The position numbers were made by a program, and so were the translations under genes. A stretch of 64,000 bases of DNA from an uncultured Gemmatimonadota bacterium (GTDB lineage: Bacteria > JAAXHH01): assembly GCA_951812955.1 (NCBI GenBank), contig OX638340.1, positions 928,001 through 992,000 on the forward strand. Reading direction: 5' to 3'. Shown piece after piece: positions 58,991 to 64,000 of this stretch. Within the stretch, counting starts at the first letter, position 1, and each line of letters opens with the position of its first letter. The notes under the pieces are model-generated. The model did no database searches and was not told where the DNA came from. It saw nothing but the letters and a program-made list of their open reading frames with translations.

Positions 58991-60486
58991 TGCGGCGTCT
59001 CCTGGACTGCCTGGTCTGCCTGGACTGCCTGGTCTGCCTGGTCTGCCTGGTCTGTCCGGTCTCCCTGTTCTGCCCGGTCTGCCCGGTCCGTAACCATTGC
59101 CATCAGGGTCGCTTCGGCGACGAGTTCATCGTTCACGTATGCCTTCCCTTCCATCTTGCAGGCGTGCATGCGCATTCGTTTCAGTTCCAATTCGAAGCGG
59201 ATCTGGTCGCCGGGTTTTACCAGTCTTCGAAACCTGGCATGATCGATGCCCATGAAATACGCCATTTTGCTCTTCGGTTCTTCAATCGTATTGAGCAGTA
59301 GCAGACCTCCGGCCTGTGCCATGGCCTCAACGATCAGGACGCCCGGCATGACGGGATGGCCAGGGAAGTGGCCCGCGAAAAAGGGCTCGTTGATAGTCAC
59401 GTTCTTGAGCGCTACCACGCGTTTCCCCGGTTCCATCTGGATTACCCGGTCGATGAGCAGAAAGGGATATCGATGGGGGAGAATGCGCAGGATGTCCTCG
59501 ATTTCGAGGACCGCTTCGGGTGCCGGCGCCGGTGAATCCATATTCCCTTTTTCCGGTTTCCTCTTAACGCCCGCATCGCGAATCCTTCGCACGAGCTCGA
59601 CGTTGGCGGAGTGGGAGGACCGCGCTCCGAACACCTGAGCCCTGAGCGGCGCTCCGAGCAGGGCCAGGTCGCCGATCAAGTCGAGCGCCTTGTGCCGGCA
59701 CGGTTCGTTGTCGAAGCGCAGCGGCCGGGTGCCCACAATTCCGTTCTCGCCGATGACCACCCTGTCCTCCACGCCGAACAGATCCTTCAACTCATCCAGT
59801 TCCTCCTCGGACAGGTCCATGTCCGCGATGACCACCGCGCTTTCCAGGCTGCCGCCCTTGATCAGCCCCTTTTCACGCAGGGCCTTGATGTCACTGAGGA
59901 AGGTCCAGGTCCGTGCCGGCGCGAATTCGGTTACGAACTCGTCTTCCAGGGAATAGAGCACGGTGTGCTGGCTGGCGAGATTTGATTTCTGGTAGTCGAC
60001 CATGTAAGTGAGATGGAAATCATCGGAAGGCATGACGACGAGTTCCTTCAACAGGCCGTTTTCCCGCTCCGAATAGAGCACGGGATTTTCCAGTTCCAGG
60101 TATTCCCTGGGCGCGTCTTGTTCGACGATTCCGGCTTCGATCAACGCGTTCACGAAAGGAATGGCGCTGCCGTCGCAAATCGGTGGCTCATCGCCGTCCA
60201 GCTCGATCCGGATGTTGTCCAGTCCCAGGCCCGCGACGGCGGCCAGGACGTGTTCCACGGTGTGTATCCGTACCCCGTCCCGTGCCAGGTTCGTCCCCCT
60301 GGTGGTATCGACCACGTAGTCGATATCCGCAGGGATTTCCAACCGGTCGGGATGGTCGACGCGTATAAACCGGATCCCGTCGTTAACGGTACCCGGCCTG
60401 AAAGTCAGCGTCGCCTGCCCGCCGGTATGCAAGCCTATTCCCTCAACGGATCTGGTGGATCCAATGGTACGTTGATTTTTAAGCAT
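58987..60486 (-). CDS. lpxC-fabZ: Bifunctional UDP-3-O-acyl-GlcNAc deacetylase / 3-hydroxyacyl-ACP dehydratase (LpxC-FabZ fusion)
   Basis: N-terminal LpxC domain (GIGLHTG, HTVEHVLAA) and a C-terminal FabZ hot-dog domain (PHRYPFLLIDRV, FFAGHFP). A 4-nt overlap with lpxA. A repeat-encoded (QAD)n C-terminal tail. Confidence 0.85.
   Translation of the reverse strand: MLKNQRTIGSTRSVEGIGLHTGGQATLTFRPGTVNDGIRFIRVDHPDRLEIPADIDYVVDTTRGTNLARDGVRIHTVEHVLAAVAGLGLDNIRIELDGDEPPICDGSAIPFVNALIEAGIVEQDAPREYLELENPVLYSERENGLLKELVVMPSDDFHLTYMVDYQKSNLASQHTVLYSLEDEFVTEFAPARTWTFLSDIKALREKGLIKGGSLESAVVIADMDLSEEELDELKDLFGVEDRVVIGENGIVGTRPLRFDNEPCRHKALDLIGDLALLGAPLRAQVFGARSSHSANVELVRRIRDAGVKRKPEKGNMDSPAPAPEAVLEIEDILRILPHRYPFLLIDRVIQMEPGKRVVALKNVTINEPFFAGHFPGHPVMPGVLIVEAMAQAGGLLLLNTIEEPKSKMAYFMGIDHARFRRLVKPGDQIRFELELKRMRMHACKMEGKAYVNDELVAEATLMAMVTDRADRAEQGDRTDQADQADQAVQADQAVQETPQ
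59001..59090 (-). repeat. Ten tandem copies of a 9-bp unit (cctggtctg and variants) encoding the low-complexity DQADQADQAVQADQAVQ tail of LpxC-FabZ
   Basis: Read from the sequence; in-frame (3-codon) repeat. Confidence 0.85.
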
Positions 60487-60492
60487 GTGCCG

Positions 60493-61554
60493 CTACTTTC
60501 CAGTTTCCTGTGGGTTCCGTTCTCCCCGCCCCGGGCTTTCGAGCGCCTTGACCCGCGTCTCCAGGGTCTGGATCTGTTGCAGCAGGTCCGGCAGACGCTT
60601 GATGGCCGCCTCTATTCTCCTGGCCTGGTTGTGCGGACGGGCGGGATAGCCCGACACGGTCGATCCGGAGGGGATGGACTTGGTCACACCGGCCTGGCCG
60701 CCGATCCTGGAGCCGGCGCCGACATGGATGTGATCCGAGAGTCCGGCCTGCCCACCGATGAGGGTCCCCGATTCAACCACCGTGCTTCCCGCGATACCCA
60801 CCTGGGCGCATATCGTGACGTGATCGCCGATCACGACGTTATGGCCGATCTGAACCAGGTTGTCGATCTTGGTGCCGCGGCCGATGCGGGTCATGCCCAT
60901 TGTCGCTCGGTCGATCGTCGAATTCGCTCCGATCTCCACGTCGTCACCGATTTCAACGCCGCCGACCTGCGGAATCTTGATCGCTCCTTTATCGCCCTGG
61001 AAATAGCCGAAGCCATCACTCCCGATTACGACGCCGCCGTGGACGATAACACCATTGCCCAGTGAAACCAGGTCGTAAAGTGTCGCGTTGGCGAATATCC
61101 ACGTGCCTTCGCCGATCCTGCATCGGGCGCCGATCGCCACATTCGTGCCGATACAGGCCCGTTTGCCCACCGTGGTGTGCGGACCTATCGACGCATGGGG
61201 GCCGATGTCCGCCTCGTCATCGACGTCCGCCGAAGGATGGATGCTGGCCGTCGGGTGAATCCCGCCTTCCGCGGGACGATGTCCGACGAAATAGGTCGTC
61301 AGCAAGGTAGCCAGGGCGACCTCGGGAGACGCCACGCGTATGATCGGGACCGGAGCGCGATCGATTTCACGGGAGACGATGACCGCCGTAGCCTCCGTCG
61401 ACTCAAGACGCCGGCTTTGCCGTGCGTTGATCAGTACGGAGATTGAACCCTTGCCGGCCTCGTCAAGCGGCGCCACGCTTTCGATGATGCACGATCCGTC
61501 ACCGATGAGCTCGCCCTGGACCTGCGTCGCGATATCTGCCAGCTTCTGTCGCAT
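60493..61554 (-). CDS. lpxD: UDP-3-O-(3-hydroxyacyl)glucosamine N-acyltransferase LpxD
   Basis: N-terminal LpxD domain plus hexapeptide-repeat beta-helix. Confidence 0.85.
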   Translation of the reverse strand: MRQKLADIATQVQGELIGDGSCIIESVAPLDEAGKGSISVLINARQSRRLESTEATAVIVSREIDRAPVPIIRVASPEVALATLLTTYFVGHRPAEGGIHPTASIHPSADVDDEADIGPHASIGPHTTVGKRACIGTNVAIGARCRIGEGTWIFANATLYDLVSLGNGVIVHGGVVIGSDGFGYFQGDKGAIKIPQVGGVEIGDDVEIGANSTIDRATMGMTRIGRGTKIDNLVQIGHNVVIGDHVTICAQVGIAGSTVVESGTLIGGQAGLSDHIHVGAGSRIGGQAGVTKSIPSGSTVSGYPARPHNQARRIEAAIKRLPDLLQQIQTLETRVKALESPGRGERNPQETGK

Positions 61555-61560
61555 CAGTGG

Positions 61561-62091
61561 TTAATTGGCTTCCTTTTGCAGTTCTTCCAGGACCTGTCCG
61601 GTAAGGTCCTGCGCTCTCAGCGGATCCACGTAAATAAGCGACCCGGCATCGAAGATATACGTATAGTTTTCCGCCTTGGCCAGGGTCTGCACCACATTGA
61701 AAATGGACTCCTGCAAAGGCCGGGTCAATTCCATTTCCTGTTGTGCGAGTTGCATTTGCGAAGTCTGAGCGAACTGCATGAGTTCCTGTTCCTTCTGCTG
61801 GATATTCTGCTCGTCCTGCTGCCGCCTGGCCGCGGTCAGCATGGTCTTGCGGGCTTCGTACTGCTGCTTGAGCATTTCAACTTCCTGCTGCCTGCTCTGC
61901 ACCTGTTCCTGCATGTCCATCGCTACCTTCTGGTAGGCTTCTTCGGCATCCCTGAACCCCTGGTACGACTGGCGCAGACGCTCCATATCGAGATAGCCGA
62001 TTTTCAGTTCCTGGCCCTGGGCCATAGCCGGCAGCAGCATAGCGACGGCGAGAATGGCCGCAGCGCGAATCATTCCTTTCATTGAAACCAT
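61561..62091 (-). CDS. skp: OmpH/Skp family periplasmic chaperone
   Basis: Signal peptide plus a Q/E-rich coiled-coil. AGGAGG Shine-Dalgarno 6 nt upstream of the ATG at 62091. Conserved bamA-skp-lpxD order. Confidence 0.7.
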   Translation of the reverse strand: MVSMKGMIRAAAILAVAMLLPAMAQGQELKIGYLDMERLRQSYQGFRDAEEAYQKVAMDMQEQVQSRQQEVEMLKQQYEARKTMLTAARRQQDEQNIQQKEQELMQFAQTSQMQLAQQEMELTRPLQESIFNVVQTLAKAENYTYIFDAGSLIYVDPLRAQDLTGQVLEELQKEAN

Positions 62092-62140
62092 GAATTTCCT
62101 CCTCGAAGGCCGGATCGCTCCGGTAAACTGGGCGAACGGA

Positions 62141-64000
62141 TCAGAACATCTGTCCAAGCTGAAAATGCGTATTCCAGCCGCTTCGCTTTTTCTGAAGGGC
62201 CTGGATCGGGTCCGACGGTTTGTCGAATCCGTAACCGACGTCGAAGCCCAGCAGTCCCACCAAAGGCATGATTACGCGGATACCGAGCCCCACCGATTTC
62301 TTCATATTGCCCAGCGTTGGCGTGGCGTCCGAAAGCTTCGCCCATGAATTACCGGCCTCGATGAACGCCACGGCATATACCGGCTGTTGTGACCTGAGCT
62401 GATCGATGATCGGAACCTGGTACTCCAGGGTGAAGATGCTCATCGCCCGTCCTCCGTCCCGGTTGCTGGTTCCATCGCCCAGTTCGGTATAGGGACCGAC
62501 GGAGTTATTGCCGTACCCGCGGATCATGCCATCGAAACTGACCCCTCCCGGAAAGAACCTCTCGAAAAACGGGACCTCCCGGTCGTTGAATGGGTTCACG
62601 GCCAGGGCATACCTCCCCCTGAGAGATATGGACGTGCCCTTGAACAGGGGTAAGTAGAAATCCGATTCCAAGGTCTGCTTGAGGAATTTCACGTCGCCTC
62701 CAACACCGGCTACATCGCTGCGGTACGTTTGACGCATGCCGCTCGTGGCAAACTGGGGGAAATCGCGGCTGTCGCGCGTAACGGTGAAGGTAACCTGGCT
62801 GGTCAGGCCGCTGTTGGATTCGTAGGATTCCCGCTGGCGGATATTAGAGTTGATGGCCGAGATTTGTGTTTCCGCCAGGGAGGAGTCCTCCAGGGCCGAC
62901 GCGTAGTAGCGCTCGCTGAAACCGGTGTACGCCAGGTCGAAAAACCGATAGGCTCCGTTAATGCGCCAGTACGTGCCACGGAAGCGGCGCCCGACGGACA
63001 GCCCGAATCCCTTCTGAATGATATTGAATTCCCGGAACCACTGCCTGTTCGTTCGGAAGACGTCGATGCCGGCGCTGGTCGGCGTATCGAACAGCCAGGG
63101 CTCGACGAAACTCGTCGAAATGGAATTGCGCCTGGCGCCGAATTCCCAGTTGAAATTCAGGTTCTGGCCGTTGCCCAGGAAGTTCGGAACGATCATGGAT
63201 ATCGTACCCACGAGCCCGTCGAACCCGCTGTAGCCGGCGCCGGCGTTTGCCGTCCCCGTCGGCTTCTCCAGGACGGTGAAGGTGACGTCCACGTTTCCGT
63301 CCGGAAGGGGTTGCAAAGCGGGCTGGACGTCCTGGAAGTAATTCAACTGGAACACGTCCCGCTGGCTTCTGAGCAGCACCGAACGGCGAAAGAACTGGCC
63401 GGGCTTGATCAACAGTTCCCGCCGTATGACTTTGTCCTTCGTCTTGGTGTTTCCCACGATGTCGATACGATGAACCTTGGCCGGTTCCCCTTCGTTGACC
63501 GCGAAGTTCAGGTCAATCGTGGAGTCATTGGCCGCCGATTCCCGGGCGATGGGGGTGGCGTACAGATAGCCGAGTTCGCCGTACGCCTCGTATATGGTCG
63601 ACACGCTTTCCTGGTATTCTTCTTCATTGAACGGTTTACCCGCGTCGATCTTGATGAGACTGGTCAGTTGTTCATTGGTAAACTTCGTGTTCCCCTCGAA
63701 TGCGACGTCCCCAAGGTAATACCGTTTTCCTTCGTTGATCCCCACCTTGAGGTACATTCGCTTTTTGTCCGCACTGAACCAGAGCGTATCCTCCACGACT
63801 TCCGCGTCTCTGAATCCGTGCTTGCGGTATTCCTGGACGATTTTCTCGAATTGGTCCAGCAGGCGTTCCCGGCGCAGGTCGCCCTCTTTCCAGAAATGCT
63901 CTTCCTCCATGTCCGATTTCTTGCGAAACGCCTCCTGCAACTGCTTTTCCGGGACGGACACATTGTTTTCGATAAAGATCTCGCCCAGCTTCACCTTTTC
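62141..64000 (-). CDS. bamA: Outer membrane protein assembly factor BamA (5' partial; the gene continues beyond the window end)
   Basis: C-terminal Omp85 beta-barrel ending ...GWNTHFQLGQMF, with POTRA-like upstream regions. The reading frame is open at position 64000. Confidence 0.8.
   Translation of the reverse strand, partial: EKVKLGEIFIENNVSVPEKQLQEAFRKKSDMEEEHFWKEGDLRRERLLDQFEKIVQEYRKHGFRDAEVVEDTLWFSADKKRMYLKVGINEGKRYYLGDVAFEGNTKFTNEQLTSLIKIDAGKPFNEEEYQESVSTIYEAYGELGYLYATPIARESAANDSTIDLNFAVNEGEPAKVHRIDIVGNTKTKDKVIRRELLIKPGQFFRRSVLLRSQRDVFQLNYFQDVQPALQPLPDGNVDVTFTVLEKPTGTANAGAGYSGFDGLVGTISMIVPNFLGNGQNLNFNWEFGARRNSISTSFVEPWLFDTPTSAGIDVFRTNRQWFREFNIIQKGFGLSVGRRFRGTYWRINGAYRFFDLAYTGFSERYYASALEDSSLAETQISAINSNIRQRESYESNSGLTSQVTFTVTRDSRDFPQFATSGMRQTYRSDVAGVGGDVKFLKQTLESDFYLPLFKGTSISLRGRYALAVNPFNDREVPFFERFFPGGVSFDGMIRGYGNNSVGPYTELGDGTSNRDGGRAMSIFTLEYQVPIIDQLRSQQPVYAVAFIEAGNSWAKLSDATPTLGNMKKSVGLGIRVIMPLVGLLGFDVGYGFDKPSDPIQALQKKRSGWNTHFQLGQMF

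Overview
This window is a high-GC (roughly 62-68%) bacterial chromosomal segment that is densely coding on both strands. It has no rRNA, tRNA, CRISPR, transposase or integrase that I can detect. Most long ORFs antisense to the genes below are high-GC artefacts. An LpxC-FabZ fusion sits in a bamA-skp-lpxD-lpxC/fabZ-lpxA block, and there is a futalosine-route menaquinone cluster. Together these suggest the Fibrobacteres-Chlorobi-Bacteroidetes superphylum or a Gemmatimonadota-like lineage; this is inference only.

Recognisable content, in order along the window:
- A futalosine-pathway cluster: a UbiD-like decarboxylase (5' partial), two radical-SAM MqnE/MqnC paralogs, MqnA, and a translationally coupled DUF362 gene.
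- Two class V aminotransferases flanking an orphan IorA-like TPP enzyme and a STAS anti-sigma antagonist.
- An acyl-CoA ligase, an M50 site-2 protease, a TPR protein, MobA, RsmI and a Gfo/Idh/MocA oxidoreductase.
- HemE with an N-terminal extension of about 160 aa, overlapping HemY.
- A five-gene minus-strand operon: M28 peptidase, PstS-like binding protein, PhyH dioxygenase, class III aminotransferase, SulP/STAS permease.
- pntAA-pntAB-pntB, purT, a ThuA-like protein and a 1-Cys peroxiredoxin.
- A low-GC islet carrying an SPFH/band-7 membrane protein and a 55-aa Arc-like RHH protein, driven by a near-consensus sigma70 promoter.
- An ABC-2 exporter operon whose second permease is fused to a CPBP (CAAX/Abi) intramembrane protease.
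- A SAM methyltransferase, a DUF5916/CBM9-like outer-membrane protein, DsbD and a redoxin.
- A tandem pair of PhyH dioxygenases followed by an acetolactate-synthase-like TPP enzyme, an MlrC-like M81 peptidase, a DMT exporter, a degenerate HAD-like protein, an M20 amidohydrolase and a 587-aa uncharacterised protein.
- The lpxA, lpxC-fabZ, lpxD, skp, bamA envelope block (bamA 5' partial).

Two genome-idiosyncratic signals stand out. Five PhyH-family Fe(II)/2OG dioxygenase paralogs fall within 64 kb. Short tandem duplications repeatedly sit on gene 3' termini. Several of them re-copy the last codons plus the stop codon; at hemY this yields three in-frame copies, each ending in a stop.
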